Assembly (NCBI GenBank): GCA_030704615.1
Contig: CM060734.1
Location: forward strand, 7,564,001 to 7,628,000
Direction of reading: 5' to 3'
Origin: Takakia lepidozioides
Taxonomy: Eukaryota; Plantae; Bryophyta
Length of the DNA stretch: 64,000 nt
Positions 52,287-64,000 of this stretch are shown one piece after another (within the stretch, counting starts at the first letter, position 1; every line of letters begins with the position of its first letter). Below the pieces are notes generated by a model. It searched no databases, was not told the origin of the DNA, and saw nothing but the letters and a program-made list of their open reading frames with translations. A program made the position numbers and the translations under genes.

Positions 52287-53095
52287 AGAGCGAGTTCTTT
52301 ATATTCCTGATTTAAAGAATCTGTTCTCTATTGGACAAGCTGCAGACAAAGGCATCGACACTGTCTACAGCAGTGGGAGTTGTCGAATGCTTAACAAGAA
52401 AGGAGAAATTGGCATGCAAGGAGTTCGAAAGGACAAATTGTACCAGCTCTTGGTTGAGGTGATCGAACCTACGACACAAGCAAACATTGCGAGCAACAGC
52501 GGAAACGTGCAACAGCGGAAACATGGAGGCTTCCGAAAAGTCGAGACAACTCAGTTCAGAGTCGGCGATGACAAGAAGTGATCTTCAACTGTGGCATAAC
52601 CGTCTCGGCCACCTAAATGTTGCAGCTATCAAGAAAATGTGTGAGACCCAGATGGTGGAAGGACTGTCTCTTCGGAATGATGGGAACGCTAATTTCTTCT
52701 ATGAAGGGTGTGCCTATGGTAAGCAACACAGATTGTCTTTCAATAGCACAATTCCTAGGACTGTCATTCCTTCCACTTGGGAGTTGATTTCGATTTCTCC
52801 CACTCCAGCTACCTAGAGCTTGGTATCATCTGCGATATGGACATGCCACTTCTTGTTAGAAATAGACTCAAAGTTTTTGAACCATTCTCTACGATTGGTC
52901 ATGTGCTCCGTCGCTCCTCCATCAGCGTACCAGATGTCTCGACCCATGCACATGTTAGAATCAACTGCAAATGCAAATGCTCCCAGTTTTAGATTTATCT
53001 GCTTGACTGCTTGAGAGACCTTTATCTTCATCTCTCTTCTTGTCTTTGTGCTCTCTGGCCCAATGACCCTTCCCTTTACAGTAGTTACACTTGGT
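52287..53095. mobile_element. Ty1/copia fragments in opposite orientations (pre-integrase on +, gag knuckle and protease on -)
   Basis: + strand ERVLYIPDLKNLFSIG..LWHNRLGHLN..EGCAYGKQHRLSF (52287-52755); - strand CNYCKGKGHWARE..WYADGGATEHMT (52758-53095). 53010-53085 is similar to 30235-30310. Confidence 0.85.
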
Positions 53096-53179
53096 TGACA
53101 TGGTAGGCATAGGAGGCACACCTACACTTGTGTGGCTGTCAGCTGCAAATGCAACGCTCCCAATGGTGTCCCGACCCCG

Positions 53180-54090
53180 TTGCCCTCAAGGCAAAGGGCC
53201 GCGACACTAAGGGCTGAGCTCATGGCCATCCATGACGCTCTTTCTCTACTTGATGCCTTCCCCCCCCCATACTATATCTTCACTGATAGCCTCACCTCTC
53301 TATTTCTTATTCGAAACCACATCTCCCGCCCTTCTTCCCATCATCATCACCCCGACCGCAACCTCATTGCCACCATTGTCCTAAGGGCCATTTCCAAAAA
53401 CCATCCAGTCCATTTACTCAAAGTCCGCTCGCACACTGGCATTCATGGTAATGAGGAAGCTGACCTACTCGCTCAACTCGGCGCCTCTCAACCCACAATC
53501 GAACCCACAGCCGACCCTATCCACATTGCCCATACCCACCCCTTCTGGTTTATACACCCCGTCCCGGACCCCCCCTTACCCAGACCAGTCTAAAACCTTA
53601 TGACCACTTTGACCAGAGAAGCAAATAAACAAGCTGCAGCCTCCATCAGCCACACCAAAGTGCACATCCAAAAATGGACTCAATCAAATGTATTGCACCA
53701 TAAACTCTCAAATCATTTCTGGCTAACCAAAACTACCACTGACGCACAAATCCGACAAACACTCAAATTCACATACGCCCAATACATGGATCACCAGCGC
53801 AAACACATCTTCTGGCCGCATATGTTTCCATCCCCATACTGCCCATTATGTTCAACCACTCACCAAGCTCGTGACACCTGGCCACATCTCCTCAACCAAT
53901 GTACGCACCCGATCATACATGGCCTTCATATCACGCGACACAACCAGGCAGTCTGGCATCTCCTGCATAAGCTATTTCTAAACCGTGCTGAAACCAGATG
54001 GTTCTCGCTCATAAACGCTGGCACCTACCAAGGTCGGCCACTCGACCACACTGTGCCACCCTGGCTGATACCATGCATATGTACCCGATC
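53180..54090 (+). mobile_element. Dualen/RandI-like LINE fragment (copy 3): RNase H, CCHC, start of RLE
   Basis: Clear homology to 5535-6425: RAELMAI, IFTDSLTSL, KVRSHTGIHGNEEAD, intact CPLC..HLLNQC, RHN. Confidence 0.9.
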
Positions 54091-55282
54091 TCAATTGCTC
54101 ATTTCGATTTGCTCCCCAGGCTGGCGGTTCTTGCAATATTGGCCAGCATTGAGATAGCTTGCGTTGTGTATCTAAGCTACTGTAAGGCTCTCAAATTTCT
54201 AGAAGTCACTGATCATCACTGGATAGGTGCTCTAGCCACCAATACTTGTAGCAGATAATTCATGACTACAAACTACAATTGGCAAGCAGAAACTCGTATG
54301 GTGAGAGAGAGTCTAGAAAGTTAGCGAACGAATCAACACATACAGTCGGAGGCAGATCTGTGAGAGAGAGAGAGAGACACACATACCTCGGTAGATTAAA
54401 AGTTTCTAGTGCTGAACGTGAACGCAACGTTCACAATTTTATTTTATTTTTTTTGTTTTTATGTTTTTTTTTTCAAAATTTGAATTCAACTTGTAGACAG
54501 TGACATATCCTCCCATTTTCAATTCGAAATTTAAACTAAACCGTCACACTCAAAGTAACGTAACTAAAAGAAGGCCTGGAACTACAAAAAACCCTCAGGA
54601 ACTGACTAGTGCAACCAGGCCAATGATGGATACAACAGCTAACAATTGCATTTTGGGTTACCCATCTGGGATTACATGGACTGACAATGCTACTATTGAC
54701 ATTAGCCGGACCCATCTTTAGTATGCAAAACTTTGCTAGTGTCTCAATTGTCCAATATGTGCACCGTTGGCTATTGGGGGGACCATCAAACCGGCACTGT
54801 TACATTTTTTAATAATGATTCGCGAGTGCACGTTGTTTTCATTACAAAGCAACAACCATGTAGCTGACTAATCAATTTTCGAGTGCACTATTTGCCTCAA
54901 AAACTCTCTTTAGAAAATGATGGAACTTCCAGTACTGCTATCCTTCGGAGCTCCCCAGAATCATATACAGAGGGGGGATTGTGGCCTCCTTGTTGTTGGA
55001 TTACTGACTTCCATCAACAGAGACAACATAGCCCTGGACTTGCTCCGCAGTTTGTTGCTGCCTAAACTCGCGCTAGGTTTGTGTGCTTGAGATAACTGGT
55101 GAGATAACTAGTGAGGAAGTGCTGATGTAAAGATGTAAAGATCCAGTTGCATCTGTCAAAGTCCATTTGGGGTGTAAGTAGGTGACCAAAACGGGCAGGA
55201 GGCCACCTGACCTCACCACAGAGCACAAACTCTTCATAAGTAAGTGACTTGCGCAGCATAACTTCCCTGTTCAAGTCCAAGC

Positions 55283-55736
55283 TTATGACTTCCCACAACA
55301 CCTGCAACAGAACTCCCCAGATTTTTACCAGTCATGGTCTAGTAAAGGATAGGCAATATACTTGGAGCATACTTCGCCTGTAAGATAATGTTCAAGCCAC
55401 AGATACCTCACGGCCAGCTTCTTGCCAGGCTACATGATGTTTGATGGTACTACTTGCTTTTCTTCAAGTTTGAGATTTAACTCATCTAGCCACAAAATCC
55501 TTCTGTTAAGTATGAGTGTGAGAAAAAGTAGCCAGAAACATTGCTTCTCTCAGCCTTACCACACTCCCATGGGAATGGGTCAGAGAAATGAGAGGAGCTG
55601 TGAAAAGAGAGAGAACCCACCTCTTGTACTTCTTTCCAGAACCGCATTGACAGGCAACATTTCGACTCAGTTGTCCACTTTTTGCAAGATTCACAAATGC
55701 TGCCGCATTCCAGCGTCCCCCCATCAACTCTTCCAC
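55283..55736 (-). pseudogene. SEC-C-motif protein exons 4-5, inverted relative to exons 1-3
   Basis: Exon 55736-55621 VEELMGG..NLAKSGQLSRNVACQCGSGKKYKR and exon 55301-55283 CCGKS*. Phase matches the end of exon 3. Confidence 0.85.
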
Positions 55737-56572
55737 CTTCACCAACCAAATAATCCACCGTGTCAACCTCAGGCCAGACCCTTCATCTCCCAACTATGGC
55801 CATCTTATATTCAAGGTATAGAGACAAATTTATTTCATCATTCAAGGTATTAAAAGATGATAGGAAACAGGCAAACAGTGGAAAGCCATCGAAGGTTGAA
55901 ACCCCCGGTGAATTTTTTCACTGAGACGTGTGCGGGCCAATGAGTTCAGACTCAATCGGAGGTGCTTGATTTTAAAAATACTTAAATGGACATTTCCACC
56001 TATTGCATTTGATTGCAACGTAAATTAGAAAATTATATAAAAATAATAATAATATCCATCGAAAAAAACGTAAATATACTGTACCCTCCACTGACATGTT
56101 AACCCTCTGTTATCTTTTTTTTTTTATCCCAAAGATTTTACAAAGTAAGTGTTAAGTGTTATGATGTTTTTGTACTCCCTCCTTTACTAAATGACCCTTA
56201 ATAAGTGTTAATTTTCTTCAAATGTATATATATGGGGATGTATAACAAGGCAACTTGGCCTACGGGTCATGTCGTCATGAGATATATCAATTAAACTTGT
56301 CAGCTCTTTAATTTTACTTAACATGGAGATCATTCAATCTCTTTAAGTGTTAGATTCCCGTTTTCAAGCTCTATGTAAGTTTTCCTTCCCTAAGTGTGAT
56401 TTTTGAAAGATTCTTTTATATATATTTATATACATATATGTAAAAATACATAGACTACGAACAACAGCCAAATGGAACTATCAACATGAAATCTATAAAT
56501 ACATTATACACATGGAATCATTCAATTAATTGAATGTTCATTCTATGCACAATGTGACATTACAAATGCTTA

Positions 56573-57985
56573 CTAGGGTAGCATGTGCCGTTGGCCCAAG
56601 TGTCCAATGTCATCTAAAGCCCAAGTGTAAGATCTTCTATGTATCCCAGTGCGTAGGGTAGCATGTGCCTTTGGCCCATGTGTGTGAAGAATTGAAATCT
56701 AAGACCAAGTGCAATTTCATATGTATCCCAGTGCGTCTTCTATTTTGAGGCCCAAGCCTCGAGTGTAGCCTACGCCTTTGGCTTATGTGTGAAGAATTGA
56801 AATCTAAGACCAAGTGCAATTTCCTATGTAGGCAAGTGCGTCTCCTATGTCGAGGGTAGCATGTGCCGTTGGCCCAAGTGTCCAGTGTCATCTAAGTCCA
56901 AGTGCAATCCCCTATGTATCCAAGTGCGTCTCCTATGTCGAGGCCCAAATGCGACCTCTAGGGTAGCCTGTGCCGTTGGCCCAAGTGTCCAATGTCATCG
57001 AAGCCCAAGTGTAAGATCTTCTATGTATTCCAATGTGTCTCCTATATCGAGGCCCAAGTGCGACCTCTAGTGTAGCCTATGCCGTTTGCCCCATATGTGA
57101 AGAATTGAAATCTAAGACCAAGTGTAATTTCCTATGTATGCAAGTGTAATCTTCTATTCATGTATCCAAGTGCATCTCCCATGTAGAGCCCCAATTGTCC
57201 ACTGTCATCTAAGCCCAAGTCCAATCTCTTATGTATCTAGTGCAATTTCCTATGTATCCAAGTGCGTCTCCTATGTCGAGACCCAAGTAAGTTTTTTTCC
57301 ACAGAGCCTATGACCAGATTTGAACCGGAGATAGCAAAGTGGGCTCTCCTAGGAGCCTCGACGGGAGATATATCATTAATGATTTGATGTATTACTACTA
57401 AAAAAAAAATAGCAAATTGGGCTTTCTTGGGACAATGATTGGATCACTCAATAAATTCATGGAAAACAATATATTGAAGCTTATACCCTATGAGGAGATA
57501 TAAAATTTCAAGTACTTTTGGTTGCTGGAAATTCGTGAAAAATAGCAAAGACAGAACCCATCAATATATGAAACGAGGTAGAATATTCATATATGAACCG
57601 AACTCAATAAATTCCTGGAAAACAACAAATTGGTTTTTTCAGTCGAATTTCAAGTACTTTTGGTTGCTGGAAATTCGTGAAAAATAGCAAATTGGGCTTT
57701 CTTGGGACAATGATTGGATTACTCCATAAATTCATGGAAAACAATAAATTAAGCTACCCTATGAGGAGATATGGAATTTCCAGTACTTTTGGTTGCTGGA
57801 AATTCGTGAAAAATAGCAAAGACACTTGGGCCTCTACATGGGAGATGCACTAACCTACAGTTTTCAATTCTTTTCAATTCTTCACACATGGGCCTCAACA
57901 TAGGAGACGCACTTGGATACATAGGAAATTGCACTTGGATTTAGATGACATTGGACACTTGGGCCAACGGCACAGGCTACCCTAG
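56573..57985. mobile_element. Non-coding foldback-like element with long modular inverted termini resembling Helitron 3' ends
   Basis: ta|ctagggtagcatgtgccgttggcccaagtgtccaatgtcatcta at the left end is the reverse complement (1 mismatch) of tagatgacattggacacttgggccaacggcacaggctaccctag|ta at the right end. Module repeated about 5 times in 56573-57290; internal duplication 57407-57553 / 57680-57824. Confidence 0.7.
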
Positions 57986-59629
57986 TATGTTTGAATGAAA
58001 CCGGTTTGCAAATAAACAATCAAATTGGTCGTTATATGTACATAGTAATTGCTTCTCAAAACAAACTGGTTATGATGGACCGTACATATCACATGTCTTC
58101 ATACAATATTACTACTTCATTCCTCACTCCAAAATTATGAATTCAAACAAATAAAGGTGCAACATTTATCGTTGCAACTTTCTATGTAAATTCCTGGAGA
58201 GCTATACATGTAGTTGCACTATACAAAGTTCTTCATAATTTACCCTCCCTTCAAATAACATTTTACAAATGTTGCAAAGCATGCGATAAAACTCCAAATT
58301 TTATCTAACAATTTTATCAAGGAATTTAATATCAACCTTTGCAAATTTCTGAATCACTTCTTGTTCATGATACATTACCACTTTCATTCAAGATTACGAT
58401 TCCCAAATGATGGGATCAATATATGTGGTAGAGTTTAACCTTTAATCCCCCAATCGATGATCACTGATTCTAACCACCCACATCTCCCGGTGGTTAATTT
58501 TGATATAGAAGGTCCTTGAAATTTTTTGTAACACAGTTGCAAATAATACTTCAATGTTTTCTTTCTATTTTCTAGAGGGGCTTGCAAGTTGACTCTCAAT
58601 TTGGGTTCGGGCTGCCCCCTCACGAATAACCTGGTTAGTCCAGAACCCACTCCCGGTGTCAAGTCGCCTTGCCTAGCAGCATGGCCCAAGCCAAGCAGCA
58701 AGTGGGCCACCTTTTCAGTGTTGTAGTTCATTTAGGAGGTCCCTCTCTAACCACCCTCTGTTGGGTGAACTGTTGAATGAAAAATCATGGGCAGGATAGA
58801 TGTCGTTCATCAAAATCCAACAGAGTTCATACAAGAAAAAATAGAGAATTTTCTCACATCATCTCACTTTTTTCAATTTCCAAATTCAATGGATTCCTGG
58901 AGCAAAATAACAAGTGAAACATTTTGCTGCCCATCCTTGACTGCCATCCAGATGGCACCTACACAAGAGCCTAAAAACAAAACAACCCCAAGTTTTTTCT
59001 GAAACTTGGTGGGAAGATGGATTATCGGCCGCAAAATCTTCTCCCGGACACAAAATCTTGTAGTATAGGAAATCCGATAAGGAAACAGGATTTTTGGGCC
59101 GTCACAAACTGCTGGAGACTGTCCATAACATTGTTATTATAATCTCCCAGCTTCTATGGTGGAAAATTCTGAAAATTTTGTGAGGTGGTAAGTAGCTTAC
59201 ATAGTATCAGTTTTCACCCATGCGATTTTTTGTTTTTTAAGAAAGGGGACAGAGGCCCTTTTAATCAAATTAATTAAGAATAAATCTAAACAGTAGTGGA
59301 AAAAATAACCATTGAGGAGGCCGTGAAGGATTACTGCGGGGAAACTTCCCCGAGACCTTAGCAAACTAGCTACTGAGCAAGGTGAGCAACCAACGGAACA
59401 AACTGAGTGAAGAGAGGGGGTGAAGATATCTGAAGCAAACTAGGGTGGGGGGCCAATGTAAGGAAGGCTGGAAATGAGGAGTGTGCCAACACTTAAGCTG
59501 CGAAGACTAAGTCATTGACTACAGCTAGCATTAGACTAAACTGGCAGTGTAGTCCGAGAGAAACACTGCAAACAACCATATTTTAGGTTAGTAGATCAAG
59601 TCAGGAAGTTTCTCGAGTTAAGTCGTGAT

Positions 59630-60320
59630 TGAAATATGCATTGGAAGGTGACCTTGTCGGGGGTCACCCCTCTTTGCCCTTTTCCACGGCTCCCATGCTG
59701 GCACATGCATTGAGAATGCAAATGAACGTGACATTGTCGGGGCTCACTCCTCAAAAGCCTCATCGCCATACCCATGCTTGGTGTATCCAGCAATCAAGGC
59801 ATTGTATGAGATGACATCTTTCTCAGCTATTTTGTCAAGTTCATGGGGTGTGCATCTCCCGCATTTGGCATACATGTCCACGCGTGTATTCTCCAGTATG
59901 TTGTATGATGCAATTCCATTTTTGCAAATGTCATCACATACCTCTTTCGCCTTCTACAAGGCTCCGAGGCTTTTGGTTTCTCCCCTTCTTGCATCATTTG
60001 CTCCTAGATCTCACAAGCCTCCCTACCCGACCCATGCTGAGCATATTCTGCGATCATGGCATTCCATGCGACCACGTCTTGTGTTTCCATTCTGTCAAAC
60101 ACTTGATGGGCATCCTTTACGCTCACGCACTTGGAATACATGTAAGCAAGGGCAGTCTCCAGGGTTATATGTGGTGTGATCGAGCCTTTGATGATGTCAG
60201 CATGGATCTCTCTACCCTTTTCCAGGGCTCCAAGGCTGGCGCATGCACTGAGAATGCAGCTGAATGTAACATTGTCTGTTGTCACCCTTGCCTGCATATG
60301 CTCGTAGATCTCAAAAGCCT
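59630..60320 (-). pseudogene. PLS-class PPR pseudogene fragment
   Basis: VTFSCILSACASLGALEKGREIHADIIK, VFDRMETQDVVAWNAMIAEYAQHGSGREA, VTPDKVTF; multiple disruptions. Confidence 0.88.
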
Positions 60321-61010
60321 ATTGGATTACAAACACCTTCAACTTCCTTCAACTTCTCCTCGAAGTCCTCTTTCTCAGCTGATTGGTTATCATCCAATTA
60401 CTCCAAGGCCTTCAGAGCAGTTTCTATTGTCTAATATCGTCGGCCAGCTTATCCTTATCCCGACTTGATTCTTCATGTTGTAGACATACGTCTCCAGGCT
60501 GTTCCACGTGTCAATTCGTTCCTTCACTTTCTTGTCCTCTTCGGTAACTCCTCGGCCTCTTGAACCATCCTATCGATGTCATCCTGACTCAGCCGACCCT
60601 TGTCATTGGTGATGGTGATTTTTTCTGATTTTCCTGGGCTCTTGTCCTCAGCTAACACATTGAGGATACCGTTGGCATCTACTTCAAAGGTGGCTTCAAT
60701 TTGTGGCACACCCCTGCATGAAGAGTATTATCAGCACCAATCATTCTCAATCTAGAACGAGACTACACACTTCCAAATACGATAGAATATGGGAGAGAGA
60801 GCCTGATCCACATACCTAGAACCTGGAGGGAATCCCTCTCAAATCAAACAGATTATCAAACATCAACAGATCAACAGTAGTCATCCTTCAGAAGACCAAA
60901 CTCCATCATAGTGAGAAAGTTTTGAGGCTCAACATACCTGAATTGAAACAGTCGATTGCTAATCTTGGTAGGTTGTGAACACCTGTGACTTCTTAGTGGA
61001 GATGGTGGGG
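60321..61010 (-). pseudogene. BiP: Luminal HSP70 (BiP) pseudogene fragment, substrate-binding domain exons
   Basis: [101 protein letters not shown]. Introns retained; stops and frameshifts. Confidence 0.88.
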
Positions 61011-61129
61011 AGCCAACCAACTACAACAACAAGGTGCCTATGTTAAGGGTTAGAAGACAATTGGCAAGCTCAGACAAGAGGTTGAGCGGGCAAAGAGAGC
61101 TCTCACAACCAGCATCAAGTCTGTGTGGA

Positions 61130-64000
61130 CACTACAGGAAAAAAAAGGGGGGCGGGGGGGGGGGGGGGGGGGGGTTTAGTGACGTCGTAGAAACGGCGCA
61201 GCCACGCCGCGGCGTCACTAAACGCCGCTTTTGAGGCAGGGGCGCAGGCGCCCTTTTGCAACGCCCGGGCGTGGCACGACCGTCCCCGGGGCGTCACTAA
61301 TCGGAAGTCGCATAAATGTGATGGATGGGGGTTGCAAGCCACTATCCCCCTCCAGTGACACCCCACCGTCGCTTCTTGGCCATCCAGGGCGCTGGGGGGG
61401 GCCACGCCCGGCCGTCGCTACCATCCCGGCGACGGCATTGGTTAGGGCGACGGCTCGGCGCGTTGCTGCCAGACACGCCACGGCGTCGCATGGGGAGACC
61501 CTGTCGCCTCAGTGCAGTCGCCCAGTGCGACGCCGGGGCATGGTTACTTGCGACGCTCGGGGGTGGCTGGGTGCCTTTTTTTTGCAAAAAAAACAAACGG
61601 GTGGGGGAGGCCTTATGTTGGGCTCAGGGACGCCGAGGCGTCGCAGCTAGCCACCCCCGAACGTCGCACAGAAGAAAAACCCGTCGCACGGGGGGGTCTG
61701 GCTTTGCCACTGCGTTGCTGCTAGCCACGCCTGGCCGTGGCTAGTTGCGACCCCCATCCGTGGCAAGCCTAAAAGACCCGTCGCAAGGGCGCTGGCCCAA
61801 GCGACGCCCTGGGGTGGGGTGGGGGTTGGGTTTCATTTTGGGGGGTGAATTGGGGGTGATTTAGGGTTTTTCCCTGGTTTCTTTCATGGGTGTTGGAAGA
61901 CATTAGAGCTTCCATTGCTCTAATTTAACAGGTACTCAATTTTGTTTATTGCATTGGTTCAAGCAAGCATGAATCGAGGGTGAGGCCGGTGCGACACATG
62001 AATAAGATGGAAGATGGAAATATATGTACAAATGGAAATACAAGCAATGAGCTGAATTCTTTGCTCACAGGGGTTCAGTAGACTGACCCTGGGACCTACA
62101 CGGACTAGGACTACTCATCCTCATCCTCATCCTCATCCTCATCCTCATCGTCAGAGGAGGAGTCATAGCTATCCGATGAGCCTGATGACTCCACGCCCTT
62201 CGCCTGAGCACGTAAACCAGGCGGCGTTCCCCTTACTCCCACAGAGCTCTCATCCAATCCCTGACCATGACCCCCCCCCCAGCCATACTAGTGCCTTGTA
62301 GTGCACTCATCCCCTCCGTCTTGGCTATGTTGATCATGAGGGATTGCCAACCATGCTCCTTGGCGTAGTTGTACTCTACCGGAGATGACAACATCTCAAA
62401 CGTGGTTTCCTACACATGCCACAAATTAAAGTCAGTTTCTCACGATGATGGAGCCAGAAAGAAGACATAACAAAATACATAGGGAAGTATGACTTACAAA
62501 TCGGAGGATAAAACCCCTCGATCCGTCGGGGCCCACTTGTGTGTGGATTCGTGCTTCTCAAGGCGGATTGTTGTTGCTTCGCGTGCCCTCTGAAACTTAT
62601 CCTTGTTTGCCGCATCATTCTCTCCCACAATGAGCCCACGATACCTACGCACCCCCCCCCCCCACAATTAGTGAATTACACACATACGTTGCATCGAATC
62701 CACCTCATTAATGCACATGCAACAAATGGAAGGTGAAATGATTCAAGGATTTGCCAACCTGTGAAATTCCAAAAGATGGTTTGGGTGTGACCCCCTTTTC
62801 CATTGCCCTCCGAATCCTTTGTGTGGCACGGTACGTCTTGTTCTTCAAGTTCTGCCCCACCATCTCCATCACCCTTGTCTCACTCCAATTGCCCGGAAAC
62901 CGGCGGTCTAACTCACGGGCATACTTGCACTTCTCGCCATAGTACTGATCACCCCACTCGATGTGCCAAGGGAACCACGTCGCTGTGAGTTCAAAGGCTG
63001 GCCCCTTCATAGCCGCCCAAAACGCACCGCACGGGTCACCATGCTTATTGACCTCCACCGGTGGCACAACGATCTTTGCCAAGGCCACCTCCTTTATCCC
63101 CCCGGGATTTCTTCCTTCTTTGCAGGCTCCTTCCCCACCTCCTTTGTTACCCCACTGCCCTCCCCCGCACGCACACCCACCCCGTCGTCTCCATGGGACT
63201 TCTTCCTCTTCTTCTTTTCCTTCCCATTCTCCAGGACTACCTCCTTCCCCTTCCTCGCTACTTCCTCTCTCCTACTTCCTCTCCCTCCTCTCTCTCTCCT
63301 CGGCTGCCCCTTCATTGATGGTAAAAGGGACCTCGGGAGGTCGAGGCTCTTCTTCTTACCTTTGGTGTTCGGGTCCTTCATCAACACCATGTGCTCTGCG
63401 CTCATTGGCAACCCCACGGGAGTGCACCCAACCAGCCAAGAATGTCTCTGCCTCCTGAAGACAAATATCCCCCCCCCAAATTCCAAAAAAGAAACAAACA
63501 AGAAAGAAATACATGCATGCAAAGGAAATGACAAAACATGGAATGGGCAAGGTGCGACGGTTGTACCTTTGCAAGCTTGGCCGACTCGGCCCCGGTGTCA
63601 CCCGATGTGGTAGGAGTCCCCGCTGCCGGAAGTCCCCGCACTATCCCCTCCCGAAGCGCCGCTGGAAGTAGGTTCCAGATGTCGACCATAGCCGGCGGCG
63701 GCGCCCCATAGTCCAAGCCCTTCTTTGCTGACCGCTCAGGCTGAGGGGGCGGCATCATTGATCGGCTAGGGCGCTCCAAACCGGCCCGTAGCTCTTCCTC
63801 CCCTCCCCCACGAATGCGTAGCAGGGTAAAAGCCCTCACCCGGCTTGACTAATTCGAGGTGCTTCGCTATCTCGGCCTCCTCATTGGCCCTCCTCGTCAA
63901 CTCCTCCCTCATGATCAACATTGGGCTAGGGACAGCTAGTTCCCGAGGCCCTTCAACCTGACCTTGGGCCTTGGCAAATGCGGCCTTCACTGCGGAGGAA
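61130..64000 (-). mobile_element. CACTA (En/Spm) DNA transposon end with subterminal repeats and a spliced accessory (TnpA-like) gene
   Basis: gga|CACTACAGGAAAAA terminus at 61130; many gcgacg/cgtcgc motifs in both orientations in 61175-61810; spliced minus-strand coding segments 62100-64000 ending in a (DE)n tract. Other end lies outside the window. Confidence 0.8.

Noticed and set aside
56573-57290. CRISPR-like repeat-spacer array
   Set aside because: The intervening sequences are themselves repeats, and the context is eukaryotic with no cas genes.
58430-59590. Possible solo LTR or LINE 3' end
   Set aside because: No diagnostic termini, TSD or coding motifs could be established.

Overview
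Eukaryotic nuclear DNA, almost certainly from a land plant and most likely a non-seed lineage such as a hornwort, other bryophyte or lycophyte (inferred from abundant PLS-class PPR remnants and a half-tRNA-primed copia). It is a TE-rich block of partly decaying genes. Apparently intact genes: a SEC14/CRAL-TRIO lipid-transfer protein, FolD, an intronless sarcosine-oxidase-like flavoprotein and RPS12. Damaged genes: three PPRs, a GulLO with an internal deletion, a frameshifted SNX1, a BiP fragment, a possibly 5'-truncated B3 gene, and a SEC-C-motif gene whose last two exons lie inverted on the opposite strand. Mobile elements: two Ty3/gypsy remnants, Ty1/copia remnants, a MULE-SWIM transposase pseudogene, a CACTA end, an inverted-repeat element built from Helitron-like 3' ends, and a TRIM whose LTR carries a tRNA-like sequence. 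The most notable system is a Dualen/RandI-like non-LTR retrotransposon present as three partial copies. Joined through shared segments, they give APE - RT - chromodomain - PCIF1-like adenine-methyltransferase fold - RNase H - CCHC - restriction-like endonuclease, followed by a tetraloop-rich structured 3' UTR and a (TC)n tract. All domain calls come from motif recognition by eye; no searches were run.
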